The notes under the pieces were generated by a model. It worked only from the letters and a program-made list of their open reading frames with translations. It had not been told where the DNA came from and did not search any database. A program made the position numbers and the translations under genes. A stretch of DNA of 64,000 nt from a virus, in the IMG/VR virus record IMGVR_UViG_3300037515_000188, positions 45,849 through 109,848 of that record; one strand, given 5' to 3'. Each line of letters starts with the position of its first letter. Within the stretch, counting starts at the first letter, position 1. Positions 37,923 through 47,925 of this stretch are shown piece by piece.

Positions 37923-38355
37923 GGTGCTCATGTCGCCACCTTTACAACCACTATCCCTGCCTCACGAGCGCGAGATGCGGCGCTGCTCGGTGGTGATCAT
38001 AAATATGACAACTCGTTCCCGCAAACGGACGCCGACGCCTCGGCGCGACGGAGAATGTTTCGAGCCGCATTCACGTCTCGATCATGCGACTCACCACAGT
38101 TGCTGCAATCCCACTGTCTTACAATCAACCGATCCATTCAGTTAACGAACCACATGAGGAACAGGTGACGCTGGTGTTTCTTTCATCAGTGACTTCAACA
38201 GACCTACCGGCGTACTCGCCCTTATACTGTAGCATCTATTTAAACATATTATACACGTATTTTGTCATTTGTCAAGCAATACATGATTAAATTGTTATTC
38301 ACCGTTCATTCTACTGCTCGGTTTTACTACGCAACCACATTAACAGAGTTGAAAC
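37923..38355 (-). mobile_element. internally deleted non-autonomous derivative of the TnpB element
   Basis: both ends and the 3' end of tnpB are homologous to element 1; most of the ORF is missing. Confidence 0.85.
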
Positions 38356-38359
38356 ATCG

Positions 38360-39556
38360 CTATTTCCAATATTTTTTTATTCCGGGAATATTAATTTCAT
38401 GTGGTCTAGGTGGACCATGAAAACATATTATTCTAGCATTTTCAGGTATATGCAATTCATTATGTCGATTTATACAATCTTTTTTATAAGAAACAATTTC
38501 ACCATTATATAAATCTTGAATATAATCATAAGATTTTATTGATTTTTCAATAAATTCTTGATCACCATATAAATGATTTTTTATATTACTTTCACAGGAT
38601 TCCATAAATTTTTCATAAATTTGGTATACTTTTGGATTATAATTTTTCCACATCATAATACCACTTCCAAGCCCAAATTGATTATAAAAATTTCTAAGAG
38701 CTAAAAATTTCCCACTATATGAAAGTATATGATCTATATTTTTAATTATTAAAGTATCCAAATCCAAATAAAATATTTTATCGGTTCCAAATTTACCCGG
38801 TGAAAATAATTCAATTTTTCCCCACCATTTAGGAAAATTATGATCAAATGGAATTATAGAATGTACATTTTTTGAATATCCTTCAAAATGATCTGTCATA
38901 CATATAAATTTATAAGGTATATTCACATTTTCTTTTATACTATTGGCAATATGATTTACATATGAAACATCATATACTCCACCAATTTTAAATACAGTAA
39001 CAATAGAAAGACTTTCTTTATTATTATTATTTAAAATAGGTTTTTTATTATTTGGAAAACATTTAATAATTAAATTTACTTCATAATTATTATTAACTAT
39101 AATTTGCCGAGCTTGTGTTATTTCATTAATATTTTCATTTATGAAATTTTTAATTATTTTATTATTTCCGCTATTTGATTTTTTATCAAACATGGAAAAA
39201 TAAATGGTCGCTCCAAATGACATTAATGGATATATTATTTTTAATATTTCGTCTATATTATAATTAGGATGAACGGTATCAATAAAAGCAAATGATATTT
39301 CTTTTATATTTAAATTATCAAAGTTATCTAACGATGGAATTATATTAAATTTATATTCTTCTATTTTAGAATTTAAATCATTATTCCAATTATTATAAAA
39401 TCCATATATTTTTTTATTATGTTTTTCAAATCCATTTATAAGAATTTTAAATATGGATAAATCATTTAATCCAAATTGTACAACATCTCCAGATATTTTT
39501 TGGATATCAACAATATAATTTTGTAGTTTTGGAACATTTAATTTTTTAACTTTCAT
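38360..39556 (-). CDS. GT-A glycosyltransferase (GT8-like) with a degenerate methyltransferase-like N-terminal domain
   Basis: WWGKIELF, YLDLDTLI (DxD), GDQEFI, ICFHGPPRPH. Confidence 0.75.
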   Translation of the reverse strand: MKVKKLNVPKLQNYIVDIQKISGDVVQFGLNDLSIFKILINGFEKHNKKIYGFYNNWNNDLNSKIEEYKFNIIPSLDNFDNLNIKEISFAFIDTVHPNYNIDEILKIIYPLMSFGATIYFSMFDKKSNSGNNKIIKNFINENINEITQARQIIVNNNYEVNLIIKCFPNNKKPILNNNNKESLSIVTVFKIGGVYDVSYVNHIANSIKENVNIPYKFICMTDHFEGYSKNVHSIIPFDHNFPKWWGKIELFSPGKFGTDKIFYLDLDTLIIKNIDHILSYSGKFLALRNFYNQFGLGSGIMMWKNYNPKVYQIYEKFMESCESNIKNHLYGDQEFIEKSIKSYDYIQDLYNGEIVSYKKDCINRHNELHIPENARIICFHGPPRPHEINIPGIKKYWK

Positions 39557-40203
39557 AACATTAATTCTGAAATTATTTTTTTGGGGAAACATGGTATTGC
39601 ACTGGTCTTAGAACAATTTATTATTTCCAGTGTGGGGTATAATTTTCTTACCTCTTTAGCTAAGGATATAATAGATGGTATAAATTGAGTTTTGTATATT
39701 TCAGGTTTTACAACTAAAATATGATTATTATGAAAATGAGTTTCTCCCCGTTTTTCTGGATTATCCCGCATATCAAATCCTATTAAGTATATTTTTTTGG
39801 GTTTAGTATTAACCACTAGATTTAATGCTTCTGTTCCACTATTATTTCCTCGCACATTATCAATAAGTGGATCATATCCATATTCTCCGGTGTTTAATAA
39901 TACAGTGGCTCCACCGAATGTTTTAATATCATTTTTTATATGTCCTGATCCATATGTTTTAGAGACAAATCTAAGGTCCGATTTATGATTTTTAAATTTA
40001 TGATAATTTCTTGCAGCCCATGACTCATCACACCAAAATAATGCAGTAGCATTTGGAAAACGATCAAATGCATCATTTATCGCAATTACATTTTTATCAT
40101 ATAAATAATCTATATTAATGGATTTAACACTATAACCACCGCCAATAATGAATATATCTTGACCGAAAAATTTATTATATAATTCTTGTAAATGTAGTCT
40201 CAT
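39553..40203 (-). CDS. Maf/DUF115 (CstII-like) sugar transferase-like protein
   Basis: IFIIGGGYS, IAIND, NSG..A, IYLIGFDM, IINCS. Confidence 0.65.
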   Translation of the reverse strand: MRLHLQELYNKFFGQDIFIIGGGYSVKSINIDYLYDKNVIAINDAFDRFPNATALFWCDESWAARNYHKFKNHKSDLRFVSKTYGSGHIKNDIKTFGGATVLLNTGEYGYDPLIDNVRGNNSGTEALNLVVNTKPKKIYLIGFDMRDNPEKRGETHFHNNHILVVKPEIYKTQFIPSIISLAKEVRKLYPTLEIINCSKTSAIPCFPKKIISELML

Positions 40204-40244
40204 ATTGTTATCTCGTTATTAATATTATTTATGGAAATTTTTTA

Positions 40245-40742
40245 ATGATACTACCAACGATAAAAAAGGAATGTTCAGATTTTTTAAATGAATCGAATGG
40301 TGAATATATTGTAAAAAATCTACCTAAAAATTATGACGGTTTTGCTAAGGTTAAAGTTAGATTGGGGAAAAAATCTACTAAATTTTCAAAAAATTTTAAT
40401 ACTGCATTTAGAGATAAAATGTCAAAACTATATCAACGGGCTATTTTTACATATACAGATATTTCTAAATTGGAATCTATAATTATAGAAGAACCATTTT
40501 TTATTTTTCCAATAAATGGATATAAATATATTTTTAATCCAGAAATTGAAGATTCAAAAAAAGATTATAATGAATTAAATATAAATGACATTTTAATAGC
40601 AGAATTATTAGAACTCTCTTATCAAAATAATAATTTAAATGAGGCATTTAATTATAAATGCGAAATAATTTTTTATAATATCTCATATTATTATGCAATT
40701 AGAGCAAGTATAGTGGAAGATTACAAATTATTTTTTAAATAA
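40245..40742 (+). CDS. hypothetical protein
   Basis: ORF. Confidence 0.6.
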   Translation: MILPTIKKECSDFLNESNGEYIVKNLPKNYDGFAKVKVRLGKKSTKFSKNFNTAFRDKMSKLYQRAIFTYTDISKLESIIIEEPFFIFPINGYKYIFNPEIEDSKKDYNELNINDILIAELLELSYQNNNLNEAFNYKCEIIFYNISYYYAIRASIVEDYKLFFK

Positions 40743-40792
40743 TTTTCAGTTTTAATTTTCATAAATATAATTAATAACTAATTAGGAATAAG

Positions 40793-41236
40793 ATGAAATT
40801 ATCTGATATTATTAATTCATATAATTTAATAACTGAAATGCCTCGGAGTGATATTAAAGAGGCTACAATGATATTAAAACATATTTTTATGAAACATATG
40901 GGATTAATATTTGAATTTTCCGACCATGCTAAAGATCATTTATTAAGTGATTTTGATACTCAATATACTGAGAAAGGTAGAGAATCAGATATAACAAAGG
41001 AAGATATATATTATATTTTAAAAGAATTAATTAAACGATATAAAGATAATATATTAAATTACCAAAATAATAAAAAAGAATTTTTAGGTGTAATTATAAA
41101 TAAATCTAATAATATTAATATTGTTTTTAAAATTGATTTCCAAAATAAGAAAAAACATAATATTATTAGAATAATCACTATTATGCGTAAAAAAGGTTTT
41201 GTATCTAAAGAAATAGATAGAGTATTTTATATTTAA
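40793..41236 (+). CDS. hypothetical late protein (MKLSDI...LITE start)
   Basis: ATAAATA upstream; FSDHA..H and IITIMRK resemble RelE/BECR-like folds (weak). Confidence 0.6.
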   Translation: MKLSDIINSYNLITEMPRSDIKEATMILKHIFMKHMGLIFEFSDHAKDHLLSDFDTQYTEKGRESDITKEDIYYILKELIKRYKDNILNYQNNKKEFLGVIINKSNNINIVFKIDFQNKKKHNIIRIITIMRKKGFVSKEIDRVFYI

Positions 41237-41693
41237 TATTTCTATTCTTTCATTTTTATATTTCCAATAAATATAAACATGATCTTTATTCATTGGAATT
41301 TAAATGGCAAAAATTAGCACTTATTCATCAGCGGCCGCATTAACTGGTGCAGAATTATTAATTTCCGTTCAATCGGGTGGAAATGTAGTAATAACACCGT
41401 CAGAACTAAGTCAATTTGCGTTTAATCCAATATTAATAGAAGGAAATTATACGGCAGCCCATAAGGATCGAGTGTTAGTCAATACCAGCACAATTGCAAG
41501 CATTATAACACTTCCAGCCACTCCAACAGATGGAAATTTTATAAGTGTGATCGATGCCGGTAATAATTCCAGTGTAAATAATATCACTATTGATAGAAAT
41601 GGAAATAATATTGATGGATTGGCACAAGATGTAATTATTGATATAAATTCTGGGAGATGAGAATTTATCTGGGATGATGCAAATAGTACATGG
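41229..41693 (+). repeat. inverted repeat, right arm
   Basis: near-identical to the reverse complement of 34273-34737. Confidence 0.9.
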
Positions 41694-42290
41694 GTTGGAT
41701 CATATGTAACAGTCGGCGGATTAAATCAGACACAGGTCGATGCACGAGTGGTGGCGGTTGCGAGTGGTACGAAAACTCAATGGGTGCCAATAACTGAAAT
41801 GCAACCCGGTGGGACTAGTATACCAGCCAATCAAGTAATGTACGGTAATGCAGGCTCTGCGGGGCAAATTGCTGGAAGAGCATTTGACCCATCAAGTGAT
41901 GAAGTTATGTTGTTTTCTTGGGTTGTTCCGAAAAATTATTTATCGTCTAATGGGATATCTTTTATCCCATATTGGGCACCAACTACTACCAATATAAGTG
42001 GTGATGTACAGTGGGAAATCCGGTGTTTGAACCTCATTGATGGCGATGCTATTGACCAAACTGTTCCGGGTGGTTCAATGATTTCTCAAGATACTCCTAA
42101 TGGCACAGTAAATGATCTTCATATTGGACCAGAAACGACACCCAAAAAATATTTAAACTCATTCATACCCGGATCGATAGTCGTGATGCGCGTACAGCGG
42201 AGGGCTGCAACACCAGATGATTATACTGGAGATGCGGCATTATTTGGTGTAGTATTGCTCTGGACAACCAATTCGCCAATTGAAGACTAA
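41304..42290 (+). pseudogene. tail fibre-like allele B, interrupted by one in-frame TGA (41658-41660)
   Basis: TGA aligns to TGG(Trp) in allele A; the frame continues into ORF 41748..42290. Confidence 0.75.
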
Positions 42291-42293
42291 TTT

Positions 42294-43073
42294 ATGACTA
42301 GACTTCTCTCAGACTTAGCAAATGTTGGCTCATCCGATGCCACTGCTCTACAACATCATATAACGGCAGGAAAAACTGCTTATATTGTTAATGGTAAAGT
42401 ATCAGGCACTTATGGACTATCTAATGGTCTATTGGTCGATCAACTTAATGTTATTGATAACGCAATAGGAAATTTTAATCCTGATAGCGATGATAATTTA
42501 ATTTTTTTGCATCCGTCTGCCGTTAATGCTGGTTCATCTATTGATTGGGATAGGGATGTTGACGGTTATGCATGGCATGATACGTTGAATCCAGCAATAT
42601 TTATAGATATAACATCAATACCTGCACAACAAGCTAATGTGCGGAAATATGAACTTTTCGGAAAATGGGTGGGAAGAAGTAACGATCATGGATTCAAATT
42701 ATTCTTTAATGTCGCCAATCCAACAACCAACCATTGGTATATTTCAATTTTTTGGTTTGCATCTAATGGAACTTTTAGATTGGAGTTGCATGAAGTAACT
42801 AGTAGTATAGATACACTCAGAGCATCAGTGAATGAAAATGCCAGTATGGATGTACCGTGTCAATTTCACTTGATTGTCTATGATCAAGGTGATGATATCA
42901 TTTGTCATTTTGGAATGTATGAAACTGACTCAATTATTGATCGAGAGGCAGTATCTATCAACTATAATGCAGTAGGTCGTCCAAATAAAACAGCAACTGG
43001 TTTTCGTGTTACTCGTTTTGGAGCAACCGGTAGTGAAGGTCGTATTAGAGGATGTCGAGTTACGGATTTATAA
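42294..43073 (+). CDS. putative fibre-associated beta-sandwich protein
   Basis: ITAGKTAYIVNGKVSGT motif; follows allele B. Confidence 0.6.
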   Translation: MTRLLSDLANVGSSDATALQHHITAGKTAYIVNGKVSGTYGLSNGLLVDQLNVIDNAIGNFNPDSDDNLIFLHPSAVNAGSSIDWDRDVDGYAWHDTLNPAIFIDITSIPAQQANVRKYELFGKWVGRSNDHGFKLFFNVANPTTNHWYISIFWFASNGTFRLELHEVTSSIDTLRASVNENASMDVPCQFHLIVYDQGDDIICHFGMYETDSIIDREAVSINYNAVGRPNKTATGFRVTRFGATGSEGRIRGCRVTDL

Positions 43074-43192
43074 CTAAATGATGTCTATAAAATATATTTA
43101 TAATAGAATTCATAGATGAATTTCATTTACAATTACATTATTCGCATCTTCAATTAAATAAATATTTTATAAATATTAGAAAGGATTAATAA

Positions 43193-46180
43193 ATGTTAAT
43201 AGAATTTATTCAAGGTATTTATAAACAACAAGAAACCAGACCATTTTTAACATTAACAGATAATGGTGTGGATTTAAATGTTGATGATTTTCCTACTATT
43301 ATTACTATGACACATGGTAAAAGTAATTATTTATTTACTGAAGATAAATCTATATTAACGGCATGGAAAGGACCATTTTCAAGAAAAAAAAATTCATGGT
43401 TATATTGGAATATTAATACATCTACAGGTAAACGAACATTTGGATATACTACAATAGACCCATATTTAAATAAAGGATATGGTGACACACTCCCATCCAG
43501 ACCAACAAAAGGACAACATTTCTTTTTAATTCCTGAAAATAAAATGAAATATTTTTCAGGAAAATCATGGAAAACAGTTATAAGAGTATTTGCCGGAGTT
43601 GTAAAAGATAATGGAAAATTAGAAATATATCCTAATGGCAGTCAGATAAATCGTAATATATATACAAATGCTGGACATATTTTATTTGATTATAATAATA
43701 TCCCTGTTAAAAAATCTGGTAAATTTAATAAAACTGAATTTGTAACAACTGAAACATTTTTTTCCCCACAAGATGATTTAAATAATAATTATAAAATAGA
43801 AAATATTCAAATAAATGCTAGAGCAATAGAACCTATAGCAAAATATCATTGTATTAATTTTAAAGGTCCAAAGAAATATGGAATGGCATCCAGATTAAAT
43901 CCAAAAGAGCCATGTATAGGCATAGCAGTTGAAAAGTTTGATAAAGATAAAATAGGTAAAGTATTAACTTATGGTATAATTCAAAATAGAGATTTTTGGA
44001 ATTTTAAAGAACCATACGGTACTAGTATTTGGGTTGGTGATCATGGTGAAATAACTACCATTATTCCTAAAGATACATCTATACAAAATATAGGATATGT
44101 AGTTAATAATACTACAGTTTTTATAGATATAAGATATGTAATACAAATGATAAGACATGATGAAGATTGTATTATACCATCTCCTACTCCAACAACAACT
44201 ATGACACCTACTCCTACTATAACAACTACTGCGGTTCCTACTCCAACTCCTAGTCAAACATCTGAAATAACTCCTACACCAACTATTACTTCAACAATTA
44301 CCTCAATTGTAACTCCAACTGTTACTCTTACAACTACTATAACTCCAACAATTACTAATACTATAACTCCAACATTAACAGTCACTCCAACAATTACTAA
44401 TACAATAACCCCAACAATAACCCCAACAATAACGCCAACTGTAAGTGAAACTATAGGATTTCTTTCTGATGATTATATTGTATTCAGGGCAAGTAATGGA
44501 GATATTCACTATATGCATGTTGATATTACTTCTGGAATTATAACATTTTTTGGCGATCCATTTGTTGGTCCTGTAAATAGGACTTTATCATCTGATGGAG
44601 AATTTATATTTGTTCCTAGAGGAAATGGTGAAATTTATCAATATGCATGGAATGGATCAAATTTAAGTAATAGATTTGGCATAGGAAATCCGGTAATAAC
44701 AGGAGATCAATATGAAGTTTCTTATGTTATGCCAAATAATATTGGAAATCTTTTACATGTAGATGAAGATGCTGGGGATGGGTTATCAATATTTTCATAT
44801 GAAACAGCGCCTCCATATTCATATGGTATTCCAGAAACTTTTAATACAGGAAATTCCTTTTGGACAGTTATAATGGACTTTAGAGTCGGATTTGAGGGAA
44901 TTCCAACATATGGAGATACTATAGTTGTTGGTGGGCAATTTGGAAGCCAAGATATCAGATCATTTACAGCTTCTGGAACAACATTAATTGCACATGATGA
45001 TATAAATATAGGAAGTGTACGTGTAAATATGCATAATATAGCATGGGATAGAGATACCGGACTTATAGCTAGTTTTAATGATAGTTCAACAATAACTTTT
45101 GTACAATTAAATATGACTACAAGAGAACTTTCTAGTTTGGGAACAGGAAATACATTAGATACAATTAAAGCAGCAGCATTTACTAATGGGTATCTTTTAA
45201 CAGTGGAAGAGGTAATAACTGGTGATATACTATTAAACACATATTCAATTTCTGGAATAACATTGACTCCAATAGATTCATTAAATTATTCCGCAGAACT
45301 TACATCAATTGGGGCTAATACTATAATGTTGACAAGTCCATTTACTGATGCGGTATTTTTAATTCCTAATCAAAGTGATTCTTATATATTTACAGTAGAT
45401 GATATGGGAAGTATAACAGAAATTGCTAAAGCAGACGTTGGTGGTGTCTCAATTGATTATGGAAATCCTGTTGCATTTATAGGTGGGGAATTACCAATAG
45501 TACCATCAACACTATTAGATGGATTAATATCGTTTTGGAATTTAGATGAAATTTCTGGAACACGAATTGATTCTCATACAAATAATTACGATTTAATTGA
45601 AAATGGCACCGTTGGACAAGAAAGTGGAGTTGCTAGTATAAGATTTTCAAGTTCTACTATTGGTGGGTCTTCAGATCATTTATCAATTTTACAATCTTCT
45701 GCTCCGTTATTGTTCCCAACTGATTCAGATTTTACTATATCAGCATGGATATATTTAGACCCGGAGCCAACAACTTTAGATACTGGAATTATATCAAATT
45801 GGGATTCGGGGAGCGGTTTTAAAGTGTGGATTCCTCCTGCTTCTTATGAAATACAATGGTTAGTTAATGGATCATTTGTATCGTTCCCGGTTTCATCTGT
45901 TTTTATTGCATCTTCATGGAGACATTTCATATTTTATCATGATTCAATTAATGATGAAATTGGTATAATATATAATACTGGAACACCGGATGTTGTAGCT
46001 CATGCAACTGGTATAAATTCTCCGGGAAGCGCAATACCATTTAAACTTCATCAATATGGTAGCGGCACATTAAGTTTTGGTGGTCGGTTAGATGATGTTG
46101 GTGTTTGGAACCGGTTATTAACTTCAGATGAAATAGAGGAACTGTATCATAATGGTGGAAGTTTACCATATCCCGGATAA
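43193..46180 (+). CDS. large virion protein: structural N-domain, TPT linker, propeller-like region and C-terminal LamG
   Basis: GLISFWNLDE...FTISAWI...GRLDDVGVWNRLLT; TATAAATA upstream. Confidence 0.8.
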   Translation: MLIEFIQGIYKQQETRPFLTLTDNGVDLNVDDFPTIITMTHGKSNYLFTEDKSILTAWKGPFSRKKNSWLYWNINTSTGKRTFGYTTIDPYLNKGYGDTLPSRPTKGQHFFLIPENKMKYFSGKSWKTVIRVFAGVVKDNGKLEIYPNGSQINRNIYTNAGHILFDYNNIPVKKSGKFNKTEFVTTETFFSPQDDLNNNYKIENIQINARAIEPIAKYHCINFKGPKKYGMASRLNPKEPCIGIAVEKFDKDKIGKVLTYGIIQNRDFWNFKEPYGTSIWVGDHGEITTIIPKDTSIQNIGYVVNNTTVFIDIRYVIQMIRHDEDCIIPSPTPTTTMTPTPTITTTAVPTPTPSQTSEITPTPTITSTITSIVTPTVTLTTTITPTITNTITPTLTVTPTITNTITPTITPTITPTVSETIGFLSDDYIVFRASNGDIHYMHVDITSGIITFFGDPFVGPVNRTLSSDGEFIFVPRGNGEIYQYAWNGSNLSNRFGIGNPVITGDQYEVSYVMPNNIGNLLHVDEDAGDGLSIFSYETAPPYSYGIPETFNTGNSFWTVIMDFRVGFEGIPTYGDTIVVGGQFGSQDIRSFTASGTTLIAHDDINIGSVRVNMHNIAWDRDTGLIASFNDSSTITFVQLNMTTRELSSLGTGNTLDTIKAAAFTNGYLLTVEEVITGDILLNTYSISGITLTPIDSLNYSAELTSIGANTIMLTSPFTDAVFLIPNQSDSYIFTVDDMGSITEIAKADVGGVSIDYGNPVAFIGGELPIVPSTLLDGLISFWNLDEISGTRIDSHTNNYDLIENGTVGQESGVASIRFSSSTIGGSSDHLSILQSSAPLLFPTDSDFTISAWIYLDPEPTTLDTGIISNWDSGSGFKVWIPPASYEIQWLVNGSFVSFPVSSVFIASSWRHFIFYHDSINDEIGIIYNTGTPDVVAHATGINSPGSAIPFKLHQYGSGTLSFGGRLDDVGVWNRLLTSDEIEELYHNGGSLPYPG

Positions 46181-46196
46181 TTATTTATATTAGTTT

Positions 46197-46660
46197 TTGA
46201 TATAAATTCTGGTAGATGGGAATTTATATGGGATGATGCGAATAGTACATGGGTTGAATCGTATGTGACCGTTGGCAGTTGAATGAGACACAAGTTGATG
46301 CGCGGACGAATGGTAATCAACAATGGTTTTTAAGATCAGATGCAGAACTAAACGGAGTATTTGCAATCTCTCCGACAAGAAGTTATTTGAACTTAGCTTC
46401 TGGTGCTGGACAATTACTTGTCTATAATTTGGTTAATTCTTGAGGAATATTTTCATATAAAAATTTAGCATCTAATTTTGAACTAAAATATATTGGAGAT
46501 GATACATTCGGAGATGTATGTCATAGTTATATCAGTGAATTTACATATCATAATAAATAATTATCAGCATACAAAATACAACAAATATTTGAATCCGGAT
46601 TTCCAAATTATAATGATTCATATTTAGGCACAACTTTATTATTTTTACCTCGTCCACCAT
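46197..46660 (+). pseudogene. third, 5'-truncated and decayed fibre cassette
   Basis: 46197-46304 matches 41638-41746 (DINSGRWEFIWDDANSTWV); then stops and frameshifts; 3' limit uncertain. Confidence 0.6.
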
Positions 46661-46725
46661 AAATAATAATATTATATTATAAATACAATAAAAGAGATAA
46701 TATAAATACTATGAAGAACATAGAT

Positions 46726-47921
46726 GTTTAGATTCCATTGAGATGAACACATATAAGAGGAACTATGGAAATAAATAATACGCTTTCATTCGTCCGCACG
46801 TTTCGTTTCAAAATAAGGCGGGAAGCATATCCGTGGCTGAATTCTGCGGCTATGGAAGTGAATAATGTCTGGAATTGGGCTGCCGAAACAAGTAAAAAGG
46901 CGGGAAGACCATTTTATGGCAAGACGAAATGGTTGGGTGAATTCGACTTGAATAACCTTTCGGCTGGAGCATCGGGGTGTTTCGAACGGATCAATGCTGC
47001 TGTGATTCAGCGAATTAATGGTGAATATGATAAGAATCGTCGGGATGCAAAGAAATTAAAATTGCGCTGGCGTGTAAGCCATGGAAGCGGTAGGTCATTG
47101 GGTTGGATTCCATTCAAGACATTAAGTCTAAAACGTAAGGGAAAATATTTACGCTTTGCAGGCAAGACATTTCGAGTATTTGAAGCTGAACGGTTAAATG
47201 GTATTAAATGGAAAAGTGGTTGTTTTGCACAAGATTCCGTTGGGGATTGGTGGTTAAATTTATCAGTTGAAATGCAAGTCGAACAAGATATTGCCACAAA
47301 TGAAATTGTGGGAATTGATTTAGGACTGAAATCCATTGCTACAACCAGTGACGGAGATAAATTGGAGGCAGGGAAGTGGACATATAGTTCAGCCGATAAA
47401 TTGGCAAATGCACAACGGAGAGGGCATAAGAAACAAGCAAAACGGATTCAACGGAAAACAGCAAGGCAACGCAAGGATGCCTTGCATAAATTTTCACGGA
47501 AGATCGTAAATAATTATCAAAATATAATCGTGGGTGACGTGAGCAGCACAAAATTGGTGAAAACACGGATGGCAAAATCCGTGTTGGATTCAGGATGGGG
47601 CATGTTCAAGAATTTTCTGGAATATAAGAGCCAGCAGGCAGCCAGATCATTTTCAATTATCAACGAGAGCTACACAACAAAAGTATGCAACGGCTGTGGA
47701 GCCTTAACGGGACCTACAGGTCTGGACATGCTTTCTGTAAGAGCATGGATATGCAGTGACTGCGGTGTAGGTCATGATCGGGATGTGAATTCAGCCCTGA
47801 ATATCCTAGCTCGCGCCGAGTTGTCGGCGTCCGTTTGCGGGAACGAGTCAGTTGGCTCATCTGTTTCATATCGCCGCCAAGAGGCGGGGATAGAAACGGT
47901 GAGACAGGAGGCATGGGCATC
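46726..47921 (+). mobile_element. TnpB-only element 2, inserted after codon 5 of a late gene
   Basis: GAT|GTTTAG left end; GCATGGGCATC right end. Confidence 0.75.
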
Positions 47922-47925
47922 GTGA
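46765..47925 (+). CDS. tnpB: RNA-guided endonuclease TnpB
   Basis: GIDLG, CNGC/CSDC, HDRDVNSALNI; homologous to the 22229 copy. Confidence 0.95.
   Translation: MEINNTLSFVRTFRFKIRREAYPWLNSAAMEVNNVWNWAAETSKKAGRPFYGKTKWLGEFDLNNLSAGASGCFERINAAVIQRINGEYDKNRRDAKKLKLRWRVSHGSGRSLGWIPFKTLSLKRKGKYLRFAGKTFRVFEAERLNGIKWKSGCFAQDSVGDWWLNLSVEMQVEQDIATNEIVGIDLGLKSIATTSDGDKLEAGKWTYSSADKLANAQRRGHKKQAKRIQRKTARQRKDALHKFSRKIVNNYQNIIVGDVSSTKLVKTRMAKSVLDSGWGMFKNFLEYKSQQAARSFSIINESYTTKVCNGCGALTGPTGLDMLSVRAWICSDCGVGHDRDVNSALNILARAELSASVCGNESVGSSVSYRRQEAGIETVRQEAWAS

Noticed and set aside
41658-41660. Genome-wide TGA recoding suggested by the TGA-for-Trp codon
   Set aside because: Long conserved genes are intact in code 11, and TGA serves as a stop in ATGA overlaps (e.g. 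16896); this is a single-site event
46726-47921. IStron (group I intron plus TnpB) explanation for the interrupted gene
   Set aside because: Only about 40 bp precede tnpB, leaving no room for a ribozyme core
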